Shown here: positions 1 to 10,225 of the stretch, one piece after another
How positions within the stretch are numbered: the stretch's first letter is position 1
How the letters are laid out: each line of letters opens with the position of its first letter
NCBI GenBank assembly: GCA_963746845.1
Contig: CAVVCZ010000001.1
Coordinates: 96,001-160,000, forward strand
Direction of reading: 5' to 3'
Length of the DNA: 64,000 nt
Source of the DNA: an uncultured Chloroflexia bacterium
GTDB taxonomy: Bacteria; Chloroflexota; Limnocylindria; Limnocylindrales; CSP1-4
Program-made: the position numbers and the translations under genes
Notes under the pieces: generated by a model
Seen by the model: the letters and a program-made list of their open reading frames with translations, nothing else
Database searches by the model: none
What the model was told of the DNA's origin: nothing

Positions 1-547
1 CCTGGGGCGGACCCGCGGTCATGCAGTTCTTGCCGAGCCCCACGTCGAGGTTCGGGACCAGGTCCGGGTGGGTCAGGTCGATGCCGGTGTCGAGGATCGC
101 GACGCGCACGCCTTGGCCGGTGAACCCGGCGTCGTAGGCGCTCGGCGGGGTCGAGTGGTTCGCGGCGATGCGCGAGATCCCCGTCGGGATGGTGTCGTCG
201 AGCGCGTGGATCGTGCCGTCGGCCACGACCGAGCGGACGTTGGGGTTGCGCGCCAGCGCTGCGGCGGCCTTCGCCGAACCCTTGAAGACGAACCCGTGGA
301 GCGCGTGACGGAAGACGAACCCGGCCTTGCCGCCCTCACCCTGCGCGAGCGTGCCCGCCAGTCGGTCGGTGTCCGCCCGGGGCTGCATCGAGACGATCCA
401 GCTCGTCGCCGTCGCCACGCCCGGGCCGACGGGGACCGGAGCCGGTCTCGCGGGCGGGGCGGCCGAAACCGTATTCGGGACTGTCAGGAGCAGGACGGAT
501 CCGAACAGGATCGCCGTTCGGAAGCGCCACCCTCGCGCTCCGCTCAT
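1..547 (-). CDS. S8 (subtilisin-like) serine peptidase, N-terminal part (runs off window)
   Basis: Manual minus-strand translation from ATG 547: signal-like MSGARGWRFRTAILFGSVLLLTV, then AYDAGFTGQGVRVAILDTGIDLTHPDL, the subtilase catalytic Asp motif. Not in the ORF track because there is no stop in the window. Confidence 0.85.
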   Translation of the reverse strand, partial: MSGARGWRFRTAILFGSVLLLTVPNTVSAAPPARPAPVPVGPGVATATSWIVSMQPRADTDRLAGTLAQGEGGKAGFVFRHALHGFVFKGSAKAAAALARNPNVRSVVADGTIHALDDTIPTGISRIAANHSTPPSAYDAGFTGQGVRVAILDTGIDLTHPDLVPNLDVGLGKNCMTAGPPQ

Positions 548-705
548 CGCATCCCCACCCCTGGCGATTCGATCCGCCGCGATCGAAGGTCGTGAGTGTC
601 CGTCGCGCTCGAATCGGCGTCAATGAGGGAACTGCCGTATTCCGATCGAACGGTGCGGCGATGCGCCGGCCAGTTGCGGGCCTCGGCCGGTTCGGCCCGC
701 CCGTC

Positions 706-3051
706 CTAGCCCTGCGACAGCTTGAACAGCTCGGTCGGTGACAGCTTCGGCGAGTGATCGCCGAACAGCCGGCGGAGCAGCCAGTACTCGGGGAGGGGAC
801 GGTCGTCCGTGATCAGCGGCCCGTCGCCCACGATCCGCGCGACGTCGTCGCCCTGGATCCAGACCAGCCCCGGGATCTTCGTCGCCCAGCCGTCCACGGT
901 GTGCTCGGGTGAGTCGTACGCCGACGAGATGTCCTCGAGGATGCCGGGCCTGGCGAGGACGTCCCGGATGTTCTCGTCGGTGAACTGAAGCGGTTGGTCG
1001 CTGCCGATCAGGAAGAAGCCATAGCCACCGGGCCCGAACGCGACGATGACGTTCGGGAAGACCGTCCGGAACGTCCGGATGTGGTCGAGGAACTCGTCGA
1101 CCGTCCCGCCGTACGGCGTCCACTGCATCATCACGCCGCCCGGGTTGAGGCGGCTGGCTCCGGCCTGGTAGTACTCGAGCGACGAGATGACGGCCGCACC
1201 GGAGCTCTCGATCGGCGGCGGCGGGTCCGTCACGATGATGTCGTAGTGCTTCGGCGTCAGCTCCAGGTGGTTCCGCCCGTCCGTGACGATGACGTTGGCA
1301 TTCGGCTTCCCGACGATCGCGTCCGCGTCCGGGTAGAACCAGTGGAACATCTTCGGGACGGACGGCACGAGCTCCACGGCGTCCGTCTGGAGGCCTGCGA
1401 TGACGGCCGCCCGGAACGCGGAGCCCATGCCGAACGCGATCGTGGCGGCCGACTGCGAATCCGGCCGGAGCATCAGCGGCAGGATCGGCATCAGCTTCGC
1501 GTCGACCGTCAGCAGGGTCATCGCCGTCCCGGTGACCCACAGCTGCCGGCCCTGGGTGTTGCCGGCCTGGACCGACGCGATCTCGTCCTCCTCGGACTGG
1601 TAGATCGTGCCGTTCATCGCCTGGATCCGCGCTACTGATGGATCGACGAAGCGGGTCGTGCCCGGTGCCACGAGGTTCCAGACGATGGCGACGGCCACCA
1701 CGGCCGAGCCGGCCGCCACGACCCCGCGCGCGACGGGGGTCACCCCGGTTGCGGAGGCGATCAGCAGTCCGGCGAGGCCGAGGTTGACGAGCGCGACCAG
1801 GGCGACCGTCGCGGGCGAGCCGAGGATCGGGATCAGGAAGAACGGGACGACGAAGGTCCCGACGATCGCGCCCACGGTGTTCGCGGCGAGGAGACGGCCG
1901 GCGAGCGTCGCGATCTTCGACGGGTCGTCGTCGAGCAGGCTCGACGACGCGGGGAAGCTCATGCCCATCACGAACGTTGCGGGCAGGACGACGAGGATCG
2001 CCGGTCGGAGGATCGCCCAGAGCGTCTCGAGCGCCTTCGACGGCTCGAGGGCGTAGGGCTGACCGATCACGAGGACCAGGCCGCCGACGGTGATGACGGC
2101 GACGGCGAGCTGGGTGAAGGCGAGGAACAGGACCGGCTGCCGGATCCGGGGCCGGATGTTCGCGTAGACGGTCGCGCCCAGGACCAGCCCGATCAGGAAG
2201 ATCGCGAGGATCGTGCTGAAGATGTACGTGGAGTTTCCGGTGCCGGACGACAGCAGGCGGTTCCACAGCGTCTGGTAGGCAAGCGACGTCAGCCCCGAGA
2301 TGAACGCGACCGTCAGAGCGAGGCTCGGCCGGGCGCGGCCGGTGGGGGTCGCGGGGTGCGCTGTCGGCTCCGGGTCGATCGTCGCGAACGTGGGCGGCTC
2401 GACCGCCGGCCGGGGCCCGATCTCGGCCTCGGCGGCGGCCCGCCCGCGATCGATCAGCAAGGCCGCGATGCCGGCGATCCCCGAGCAGGCAGCGCCGACG
2501 AGCAGGGTGGTGGAGAGGCCGAGCAGCTCGATCAGGAAGAAGCCCGCGGCGATCGTCCCGAGGATCGCCCCGAACGTGTTCGCCGCGTAGAGCCGCGAGA
2601 ACGCCCGCGACAGGTGCTGGTCGTCGGTGAGGTAGCGGGTCAGCGTCGGGAGCGTGGCGCCCATCAGGATCGTCGCCGGCGCCAGCGCGACGATCGCGAG
2701 CCCGAACCGGACGAGCGCGAGCAGCCCGGGCTGGGTCTCGAGGCTGGTGAACGCGGCGCGATAGACCTCGTGGAGGAGGCGGAACGTGATCGGGGTCAGG
2801 ATCACCACCACGACGAGGACGAGCTCCAGGATGCCGTACAGCTTGAGCGGCGATCGGACCCGGTCGGCGAGCCGGCCGCCGAGGAACGAGCCCACGGCCA
2901 TCCCGCCGAAGAAGCCGGTCAGGATCGTCGCGACCGCCTGGGTCGTGTTGCCGAACACGAGCACGAGCTGCCGCGACCAGACGACCTCGTAGACCAGGCC
3001 GGCGGCGCCCGACAGGACGAAGATCGCGAGGATCAGGCCGGATCGGCGCAC
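706..3051 (-). CDS. Fused membrane (MFS-like) / spermidine synthase-like protein
   Basis: Two repeats of the SGxxxLxYE/QxxWxRxL multi-TM unit, then a Rossmann-like domain (AFGMGS, AVELVP, DGRNHL, YDIIVTDPP). Confidence 0.88.
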   Translation of the reverse strand: MRRSGLILAIFVLSGAAGLVYEVVWSRQLVLVFGNTTQAVATILTGFFGGMAVGSFLGGRLADRVRSPLKLYGILELVLVVVVILTPITFRLLHEVYRAAFTSLETQPGLLALVRFGLAIVALAPATILMGATLPTLTRYLTDDQHLSRAFSRLYAANTFGAILGTIAAGFFLIELLGLSTTLLVGAACSGIAGIAALLIDRGRAAAEAEIGPRPAVEPPTFATIDPEPTAHPATPTGRARPSLALTVAFISGLTSLAYQTLWNRLLSSGTGNSTYIFSTILAIFLIGLVLGATVYANIRPRIRQPVLFLAFTQLAVAVITVGGLVLVIGQPYALEPSKALETLWAILRPAILVVLPATFVMGMSFPASSSLLDDDPSKIATLAGRLLAANTVGAIVGTFVVPFFLIPILGSPATVALVALVNLGLAGLLIASATGVTPVARGVVAAGSAVVAVAIVWNLVAPGTTRFVDPSVARIQAMNGTIYQSEEDEIASVQAGNTQGRQLWVTGTAMTLLTVDAKLMPILPLMLRPDSQSAATIAFGMGSAFRAAVIAGLQTDAVELVPSVPKMFHWFYPDADAIVGKPNANVIVTDGRNHLELTPKHYDIIVTDPPPPIESSGAAVISSLEYYQAGASRLNPGGVMMQWTPYGGTVDEFLDHIRTFRTVFPNVIVAFGPGGYGFFLIGSDQPLQFTDENIRDVLARPGILEDISSAYDSPEHTVDGWATKIPGLVWIQGDDVARIVGDGPLITDDRPLPEYWLLRRLFGDHSPKLSPTELFKLSQG

Positions 3052-3145
3052 GAAGCTCCTCCGCGTCGGTTCGGGATGGATCTAGGGAGGCGCGCAGTGT
3101 CGCACGCGCTCGGGCAGCCTGCCACGGCCCCGCGAACGAGGGGCG

Positions 3146-4156
3146 TCAAGGCAACCCGGCGACCGGGGGTTCGGGGGCCGACGACGACGCGGGGCCGCCG
3201 GCCGCGGCGTCGCCGTCACTCGTCGGGCGAGCGCGTCGGGAGCGCTCGACGGCGGCGGCCAGCGGCGGGCCGACCGCCACGACGACCAGGGCGATGACCG
3301 GCGCGCCCTCGATGGGAGAGCCGAGGACCGCGGCGGCGATCGCCAGCGTGATGACCATCGACAGGGGCGACCGGTCCCCCGCCGGGTCGGCAACCCCGGG
3401 GATCGCCATCGACGAGTAATACCACTGGGTCCAGGGCCAGAACACGGGCATCGCCAGCCACGCCGCTCGCTCGCGATCGCGGCGCAGGAGCATCACGAAT
3501 GTCACGACCGCGACGACCACCGCCACCGCGAGGATCGGCATCGACAGCCCCCACACGCTCGATCCGCCGCCGGCGGTCGCGTCGAGGTGATCCTGGATCG
3601 TCTGGCGCTCGGCGAGGTACGTCGCCCACGGCACGAACGGTGCGGTCACGACGACCGCAACGCCGGCGAGGATGAGCGTCCTGAGCTCGAGTCGGATCAG
3701 CGGCACGATCGCGGCGTAGACCTTCACGACGATCGCGAGCGCGCCGAGGACCGCGCCACCCGCAACGAGGAGCGGCAGGACGAGCGCGTGCGGGTTGGCG
3801 TTCCAGACCCCGTCCACGAGTGGCGGAAACGCGAGCCACCAGAGCGGCAGCCCGAGCCGCCGGATCGCCCAGACGCTGCCGACCACGCACAGCACGAGCA
3901 GGAGCCCCACCCCGAGCGTTTCCGGCAGCAGCGCGAACGGGATCATCGGGATGAGCGACGGGGGCGGCGCCCCGAAGTACACGCCGCCCTGGACGACGGC
4001 CCACGGATCCTGACCCGCCAGCCAGGCGACGGTCGCGGAGCGATAGAGACGCCCGTCGAAGCCCGGCCCGCCCGGTGCGATCAGGATGAGTCGCATGACG
4101 GTGATCACGACGAACCACGTCGCGAGGAGGACCGGCACGATGCGCCGGATCTGCAC
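3146..4156 (-). CDS. GT87/DUF2029-like polytopic glycosyltransferase
   Basis: C-terminal part of ORF 3146..5104; GTG start at 4156 (VQIRRIVPV); GFDGRLY...LAGQDPW...FGAPPPSL and VKVY motifs, many TM segments. Confidence 0.7.
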   Translation of the reverse strand: MQIRRIVPVLLATWFVVITVMRLILIAPGGPGFDGRLYRSATVAWLAGQDPWAVVQGGVYFGAPPPSLIPMIPFALLPETLGVGLLLVLCVVGSVWAIRRLGLPLWWLAFPPLVDGVWNANPHALVLPLLVAGGAVLGALAIVVKVYAAIVPLIRLELRTLILAGVAVVVTAPFVPWATYLAERQTIQDHLDATAGGGSSVWGLSMPILAVAVVVAVVTFVMLLRRDRERAAWLAMPVFWPWTQWYYSSMAIPGVADPAGDRSPLSMVITLAIAAAVLGSPIEGAPVIALVVVAVGPPLAAAVERSRRARPTSDGDAAAGGPASSSAPEPPVAGLP

Positions 4157-4161
4157 CTCTC

Positions 4162-5433
4162 TCACAGGTGGTACGCCCAGTAGACGCCCGCCGCGCCGAC
4201 GACGACGCCGAACCCGATGAGCAGGCGCCAGCCCATCCCGATGCCCGCCCCCGTCAACCCCACCGACTCGCGGATCCTCTCGTCGCGGGCCGCCGCGAGC
4301 GCGCACAACGCCCAGACGAACGGGATCGAGTCGAGGGCGTAGCGGTAGCCGTACTGGAGCCAGCCGCCGCCGTAGTACAGGAGCGTCGGGATCAGGACGA
4401 GCAGGGCCGCCCCCGCCAGCCACCACGTCCGCGACTGACGCCACGGCGCGCGGACGGCGTACAGGAGCCCCGGGCTCGTGAAGAAGATCGACATGCCGAG
4501 GCCATCCGGCTGGAAGAACGGGAACGTCGTCGAGAACGTCGGGAGCTTCGTGAACAGGTAGTTGACGTTCATCGCGATGTGGGCCGTCGAGAACAGCCCG
4601 AGCCGGCGCTGCGCCTCCAGCCACTCGGGGAGCACGGCGAGGGCATAGCCGGACTCGAGCGGCGAGCCGAACCGCACGGCGTTGTACCAGAAGAAGAACG
4701 CGATCGACGGCAGGACGCCGAGGGCGAGCGCGAGCCACGTCCGCCACGGCCACTGGCGCGGCTCCCAGATCCGGTCGCCGGCGAGGAGCAGGGCGAAGAA
4801 CGGGATCGCGAAGACGAGCGGGGCGCGGGTCAGGAACGCGAAGCCGGCGAGCAGCCCGATGAGCCACGGCCGGCGGCTGCCCCACAGCTCGAGGAGGATC
4901 GCGAGGGTGAGGATCGTCGCGATCAGCTGGCCCGTGTGCCAGACCCCGCCACGGGTCGTGACCCACCAGATCTGGGTCGAGAACCCGAACAGGACGCTGA
5001 GCAGGAAGCGATCGACCAGCGACCGGACGTTGGCCCGACCGGTGAACCACCAGGCCATCCCGACCGTCGCCGCGGCGAGGGCGGCGTTGATGCCGCTCTC
5101 CCACTGGTCGGCGACCCCCGGCCCGGTGATCGCGACGAGCGGCATCAGGGCGATTGCCGGGAACGGGGCGAACGGAACGTAGATCCGGCCGTCCTGGATG
5201 ATCACGTCCTGCGGCCCGAGCCGGACGTCCAGCCAGGTCCGGCCGTGGAGGAACGCGTCGGCGAGGTAGAAGAAGTCGCCCCGCATCGCGTCGAAGTAGC
5301 GGTTCGACAGCCAGTAGATGACGCCCGCGGCGATCGTCAGGAGGATGCCGATCCGGGCGGCCGTGTCGATCCGCTCGAGGAACCCGACGCGCGGACGGGT
5401 CTCCGCGTTCGCCGTCGGTGCCTGGGCCGTCAT
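4162..5433 (-). CDS. GT-C-fold polytopic membrane protein (putative glycosyltransferase)
   Basis: Starts MTAQAPTA at ATG 5433; YLADAFLHGR, YVPFAPFPA, YNAVRFGSPLESGY, GYRYALD motifs typical of GT-C membrane proteins. Confidence 0.7.
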   Translation of the reverse strand: MTAQAPTANAETRPRVGFLERIDTAARIGILLTIAAGVIYWLSNRYFDAMRGDFFYLADAFLHGRTWLDVRLGPQDVIIQDGRIYVPFAPFPAIALMPLVAITGPGVADQWESGINAALAAATVGMAWWFTGRANVRSLVDRFLLSVLFGFSTQIWWVTTRGGVWHTGQLIATILTLAILLELWGSRRPWLIGLLAGFAFLTRAPLVFAIPFFALLLAGDRIWEPRQWPWRTWLALALGVLPSIAFFFWYNAVRFGSPLESGYALAVLPEWLEAQRRLGLFSTAHIAMNVNYLFTKLPTFSTTFPFFQPDGLGMSIFFTSPGLLYAVRAPWRQSRTWWLAGAALLVLIPTLLYYGGGWLQYGYRYALDSIPFVWALCALAAARDERIRESVGLTGAGIGMGWRLLIGFGVVVGAAGVYWAYHL

Positions 5434-6569
5434 GCAGCCGCGGGCGAGGCCGCCATCGCGACGATGGCCTCGTCCCGGCGCTCGCGCAGGCCGACGACGA
5501 AGACCGCCAGGAGCGCGACCCAGAACACGATCGGGTAGATGGCCGCCGGGAGGTTGACGAACAGCGTCGCCGCCGAGGTGACCAGCGGGATGGCGACGGC
5601 CCACCACCGGCGGCGCTCGAGGAGCCAGGCGACCGGCAGCAGGAGCAGCATCGCGTAATGGTCCCAGAGGACCGGCGAGAGCAGCTGGCTCGCGACGATC
5701 GTGACGAGGAGCGAGGCGTCGGCCGGGGTCCGCAGCGCGGCGACGATGACGACGGCGACGACCAGCACGGAGCTCGCGAGCTGGATTGCGGTCGCGGCGC
5801 CGACCGGGACGCCCGCCTGGTACGCCGCGGCGCCGGGCGTGAAGTTGTGCGGGGTCGTGATCGGGTCGCTGACGTTGCGGATCAGCGCGACGTAGTCCTG
5901 CCACATCCCGATCCCGCCGAGCAGGACCGTGGCCGCGGCCGCCGCGGCGAGGAGGATCGCCGCCCCGACGAGCACCGCCTGCAGACGCCGGGTGAGCAGC
6001 GCCCAGACGAGGATCAGCCCGGGCTGGATCTTCACGATCGCGCCGAGCGCACCCGCGGCACCCACGGCCAGCGGGCGATCGAGCCAACGCCAGCCGATGG
6101 CGAACAGGAGGAGCAGGAGCGGCCCCACCTGGCCGAGCTTCAGGGCGTAGGCGACGGGCCACGACAGGCCGGCGAGGAGCAGCGTGGTCCAGCGGATCGT
6201 GGGACGAACCGGCATGAGCGCGATCCCGCCGACCAGCATCGTGACGGACAGGCCGATCCAGGTCCAGGTGGCGACGGTCGGCGAGAGGAGACCGAACGGC
6301 AGCACGGCGAGGACGAACGGCGGCGGGTAGTAGAAGAGACCGAACCCACCGGTCTGCTGGACCGTCGGGTCGTAGAGCCGCTCCCCGTCGAGGACCCGTC
6401 CGGCCGCCTGGTGATAGGCGAGGAAGTCGAAGCCGAGCGTGCCCGCCGCCTGCGCCGCGAGGATCACGAGCCCCGAGACGGCCACGAGCGAGCCGATCGC
6501 CAGGATGGGCAGCGCGGCGCGCCCGAGGGCATCGATGTCCAGCCCGCGACGGGCGGTCCGGTCAGCCGT
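5430..6569 (-). CDS. GT87 family glycosyltransferase
   Basis: GFDFLAYHQAAGRVLDGERLYD, FYYPPPF, LGQVGP, VKIQP, SPVLWDHY. Start uncertain: the ORF track uses GTG 6485, but an RBS-positioned in-frame ACG lies at 6569. Confidence 0.85.
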   Translation of the reverse strand, partial: TADRTARRGLDIDALGRAALPILAIGSLVAVSGLVILAAQAAGTLGFDFLAYHQAAGRVLDGERLYDPTVQQTGGFGLFYYPPPFVLAVLPFGLLSPTVATWTWIGLSVTMLVGGIALMPVRPTIRWTTLLLAGLSWPVAYALKLGQVGPLLLLLFAIGWRWLDRPLAVGAAGALGAIVKIQPGLILVWALLTRRLQAVLVGAAILLAAAAAATVLLGGIGMWQDYVALIRNVSDPITTPHNFTPGAAAYQAGVPVGAATAIQLASSVLVVAVVIVAALRTPADASLLVTIVASQLLSPVLWDHYAMLLLLPVAWLLERRRWWAVAIPLVTSAATLFVNLPAAIYPIVFWVALLAVFVVGLRERRDEAIVAMAASPAAA

Positions 6570-6715
6570 GGATCGTCTCCTGATGCGACGTCGACGAGGC
6601 GAAGTCTAGCCGCGGGCCTCGCCGGGACGCACCCGCCGGATGGTCCTGCCGGCCGGGACCGACCCGGGACCGTGGAGCCCCTCGACGTCCGCCGCCCATC
6701 GGCTAGGGTGGCGCC

Positions 6716-7642
6716 ATGCTGCGCACCGCGAGCTGGCTCGGACTCGTCGCGTTCTCGATCGTCGTGTGGATCGCGGCGTTCCGTGCGTTCGGGTTCGACC
6801 CGACGACGCCCGGCAGCGACGCGTGGAACTACCTCGGCGCCGGTGAGCGGCTGAACGCCGGGCATCCGCTGTACGCCCTCTCGCCGGGCGACCGGCCGAT
6901 CCCGCTGGCACCGCCGTACTGGTCCGTGCCGCTCCTCGCCCCGCCGCCGATCGCCGTCCTGTGGCGCCCACTGGCCCTGCTCGGCGACCCGTCGATGACG
7001 CTCTGGGCCACGGCCGGGCTCGTGACGACGCTCGTGACGGCCGGCTGGCTGCTGGCGGGCGGCGGCCTCCTCGTCGCCGGGATCATCGCGCTCATGGCCG
7101 CGCCGCTCGCGCTGCAGTCTCTTGCAGGGAACGCGAACGGGTTCCTCTTCGCCGCCCTCGTCCTGGCCTGGGTGTGCCGGACGCGGCCGGCCGTCGTCGG
7201 GTCGCTCGTCGCGGCCGCGATCGTCGTCAAGCTGACGCCGGCGCTGCTCCTGATCTGGCTCGCGACCGCGTCGCGCTGGCGGGCGGTCGGCGCGACGGTC
7301 GTCGCGCTCGCGGTGATCGGGGTCGTGTCGCTCGCGGGTGCCGGGATCCAGAATCACCTCGACTGGATCGCCTCGATCCCGCTGGCCGCGCCCGCGCCGA
7401 CGTCCCTGGCGGGGATCACCGGCCTCCCGTCAACCGTGATCCTCGCGATCGCGGCGGTCGTCGTGCTCGTCGTCGGGCGGCGCGGCGACGAGCGGCTCAC
7501 GTTCAGCGTCGCGGTCGCCGCCGTCGCGCTGGCCTCGCCGGCCCTGTACCTCGGGACCCTCGGCATTGCCGCCGCCGCCGCCGCGCCGTGGATCGGCGAG
7601 CGCCGTTCGGTCGCCGCAAGCCTCCGGACACGAACCACATGA
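6716..7642 (+). CDS. GT87/DUF2029-like glycosyltransferase
   Basis: SDAWNYLGAGERLNAGHPLY, LLAPPP, GNANG, VKLTP; multi-TM. Confidence 0.8.
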   Translation: MLRTASWLGLVAFSIVVWIAAFRAFGFDPTTPGSDAWNYLGAGERLNAGHPLYALSPGDRPIPLAPPYWSVPLLAPPPIAVLWRPLALLGDPSMTLWATAGLVTTLVTAGWLLAGGGLLVAGIIALMAAPLALQSLAGNANGFLFAALVLAWVCRTRPAVVGSLVAAAIVVKLTPALLLIWLATASRWRAVGATVVALAVIGVVSLAGAGIQNHLDWIASIPLAAPAPTSLAGITGLPSTVILAIAAVVVLVVGRRGDERLTFSVAVAAVALASPALYLGTLGIAAAAAAPWIGERRSVAASLRTRTT

Positions 7643-8460
7643 CGGACGACGCCGCGGACCGCGTCGCCGCGCCGGGGATCCCGGCTCCCACGATCCCCGC
7701 GCCCGCCCGGACCTTCGACCGCGACCGGCTGGTCCGGGTCCTCGCGCTCGTCCTCTCGGGCATCCTCGTCGTCGCGATCGCCCTCGAGGTCGTCGAGATC
7801 GTCACGAACCTCGACCGCCTCGCCTTCCCGCTCGACGGGGACCGGGTGCTGTACATGGACGCCGCCCGGAGCTGGCTCAACGGGACCGGCTTCTACCACG
7901 ACTACCAGCTCGCCGGGCCCTATCCGGTCCGCTCGGGCGACATCCTCTATCCGCCGCCGATGCTGCTCGTCTTCGCCCCGCTCGCGGCGATCCCGGAGCC
8001 GCTCTCGGCGGTGCTGTATTACGCGATCCCGCTCGGGATCACGCTCGCCGCGGTCGTCCGGCTGCGGCCGGCGATCGTCGGCTGGCCGGCGATCCTCTTC
8101 TGCCTGTGGTGGCCGACGACGATCGTCGTGATCGCCGGCGGCAACCCGGGGATCTGGCTGATGGCGTTCATGGCCCTCGGCACGCTCTGGCGGCCGCTGT
8201 CGGTGCTCGTGTTCCTCAAGCCCACGCTCGCCCCGTTCGCGTTCTTCGGCGCGAACCGGCGCTCGTGGTGGGTCGCGCTCGGCGCGCTCGGGCTCGTGTC
8301 GCTGCTGTTCCTGCCGATGTGGCCCGATTACTTCCGCGCGGTCCTGAACGCCCAGGGCGGCGGCGGGATCTTCTACTCGATCGGTCAGGCGCCGATGCTG
8401 TTCCTGCCGCTCGCGGCCTGGGCGACATCGACGCGGCGGAGGTCCACGCCACCGCGCTGA
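7639..8460 (+). CDS. GT87/DUF2029-like glycosyltransferase
   Basis: ATG 7639 overlaps the upstream stop (ATGA); GDRVLYMDAARSWL, ILYPPP, GGNPG, LKPT motifs. Confidence 0.72.
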   Translation: MTDDAADRVAAPGIPAPTIPAPARTFDRDRLVRVLALVLSGILVVAIALEVVEIVTNLDRLAFPLDGDRVLYMDAARSWLNGTGFYHDYQLAGPYPVRSGDILYPPPMLLVFAPLAAIPEPLSAVLYYAIPLGITLAAVVRLRPAIVGWPAILFCLWWPTTIVVIAGGNPGIWLMAFMALGTLWRPLSVLVFLKPTLAPFAFFGANRRSWWVALGALGLVSLLFLPMWPDYFRAVLNAQGGGGIFYSIGQAPMLFLPLAAWATSTRRRSTPPR

Positions 8461-9392
8461 TCGCCGGCGCGCTGATCGCCGGCGGCGACGCGGGCCCGGT
8501 CGCGGGCGCGATCCTCGCGCCACAGCGGGATCGCCGCGACGAGCAGCGCCAACCCGTGGAACCAGATGATCGGAAGGCTGATCGTCGCCGCGACCGGCAC
8601 GACCCAGCGGCGATCCGTCCGCGCGCCCCACCAGACGAGCGCGATCGCGACCGCCATCCGGATCGGCAGCGGGATCGGGACCGGGTATGGATGGCCCGGG
8701 TCGTAGTCGAGGTTGTTCACCATCGTCGAGACGTACTGGCGCCACAGCTCGGGCGCGAGCGCGTAGCTGACGGCGACGATCACGATCGTCCCGACGACGG
8801 CGATCCCGAACGCTCGCCACTCGCGACGGAACGCGAACCACAGCGCGCCGACGCCCGGTGACACCTTCGTCAGGACGATGAACGCCCAGGCCATCGGGTA
8901 GCGGAAGCCGACGATGATCGCCACCGCCATGAACAAGTGGATGTTGCCGTGATAGAGCTCGAGCGGGATCGGCGGGAACGCCAGCAGGACGAGCCACGTC
9001 CGGCCCGTCATCCAGATCAGCGCGCCGATCATCGCGGCGAAGTACAGGGCGAAGAACAGCTCCCACGGCAGGACGCCGAAGACGGAGAACGCCTGGCCGG
9101 CGGCGGGCGTGTACCGGAACGCGTCCAGGTCCGACGTGTTGCCGGTGGAGTTCCCGTACAGGTTCGTCAGGTCGACCGCCCAGTACGCGTGGGCGTCGAA
9201 CCCGAACATCGAATGGGCCTGGTTGACGACGATGATGTACGGCAGCGAGACCAGCCCGACGATGATCAGGGCGTGGCGCACCGCCCGGAGCCGGGCCGGG
9301 CCGATCCGGGCCGCGAGCGCCTCGAGTCGGGCCGGGACGTCGACGCGACCGAACACTCTCGACCGGTCCGCGGCCGCCTGTCCGCCGGTCAT
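8385..9392 (-). CDS. GT87/DUF2029-like glycosyltransferase
   Basis: Starts MTGGQAAA at 9392; GFDAHAYW, FRYTPA, GNIHL, LTKVSPG, RREWR motifs. Confidence 0.78.
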   Translation of the reverse strand: MTGGQAAADRSRVFGRVDVPARLEALAARIGPARLRAVRHALIIVGLVSLPYIIVVNQAHSMFGFDAHAYWAVDLTNLYGNSTGNTSDLDAFRYTPAAGQAFSVFGVLPWELFFALYFAAMIGALIWMTGRTWLVLLAFPPIPLELYHGNIHLFMAVAIIVGFRYPMAWAFIVLTKVSPGVGALWFAFRREWRAFGIAVVGTIVIVAVSYALAPELWRQYVSTMVNNLDYDPGHPYPVPIPLPIRMAVAIALVWWGARTDRRWVVPVAATISLPIIWFHGLALLVAAIPLWREDRARDRARVAAGDQRAGDQRGGVDLRRVDVAQAASGRNSIGA

Positions 9393-10195
9393 CCCTCGGC
9401 GGGCCGCGGCGCGCGGCCGAGCCGGCGATGGATCAGCGGGATCCGGAACAGGTCCCACGCGACACGGATGGCGAGGCTCGGCCGCGCACGCATCCGGGAG
9501 CCGCGTCGGTCGGCCCACGTGATCGGCACGACCGCCATCGCGTAGCCGCGCCGGCGAGCGAGGTAGATCAGCTCGACGTCGAACACGATGCTCGTGATCC
9601 GCTGCCGCCCGAACAGGTCGTGGGCGGCGTCGCGCCGGAACCCCTTGAAGCCGCACTGCGTGTCCTGGACCGGGCCCACGACCCACAGCGATGCGAGCAG
9701 GTGGAACGCCTTGCCGAGCAGCCGGCGGTAGCGCGGCTGGCTCTTGCGCATGTCCGATCCGTCCGGCTGGATCCGGCTGCCGAGCGCGACGTCGGCCTCG
9801 CCCAGCGCCGCCACGAGCGGGACCAGCATGTCCGGCGGCGTCGCCATGTCCGCGTCGGCGAAGACGACCAGGTCCGATCCGGCGTGAAGCATCCCGGCCC
9901 GGACCGCGGCGCCCTTGCCGCCATGGGGCACCGTCAGCACCGACAGGATCGCGCCGGACTGGGAATCCTTCGTCTCCGGTCGGGCACGGACGAGGTCGCC
10001 GGTGCCGTCGGTGCTGCCGTCGTCGACGACGAGGACCTCGATCTGGTCGGGCAGGCGTGCCGCGCCCGGCGCCCCGTCGCGGGCCGATTCGCCGCGGCGT
10101 CGGAGATACCCGAACAGCTCGTCCAGGGCAGGCTCGATCCGCCCGGCCTCGTCGAAGGCGGGCAGGACGATCGTCAGCGTCGGGGACGGACCCAT
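9389..10195 (-). CDS. GT2 polyprenyl/dolichyl-phosphate glycosyltransferase
   Basis: IVLPAFDEA, VVDDGSTDGT, GKGAAVRAG, FADAD (DxD), DTQCGFKGF, FDVEL; Dol-P-Glc/Man synthase-like. Confidence 0.9.
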   Translation of the reverse strand: MGPSPTLTIVLPAFDEAGRIEPALDELFGYLRRRGESARDGAPGAARLPDQIEVLVVDDGSTDGTGDLVRARPETKDSQSGAILSVLTVPHGGKGAAVRAGMLHAGSDLVVFADADMATPPDMLVPLVAALGEADVALGSRIQPDGSDMRKSQPRYRRLLGKAFHLLASLWVVGPVQDTQCGFKGFRRDAAHDLFGRQRITSIVFDVELIYLARRRGYAMAVVPITWADRRGSRMRARPSLAIRVAWDLFRIPLIHRRLGRAPRPAEG

Positions 10196-10225
10196 CGCCG
10201 GCAGTCTAGGTCCCGGATGCACGTC

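Noticed and set aside
8385-8460. 76-nt convergent overlap of two GT87 genes
   Set aside because: Common in GC-rich genomes where stops are rare; no sign of antisense regulation.
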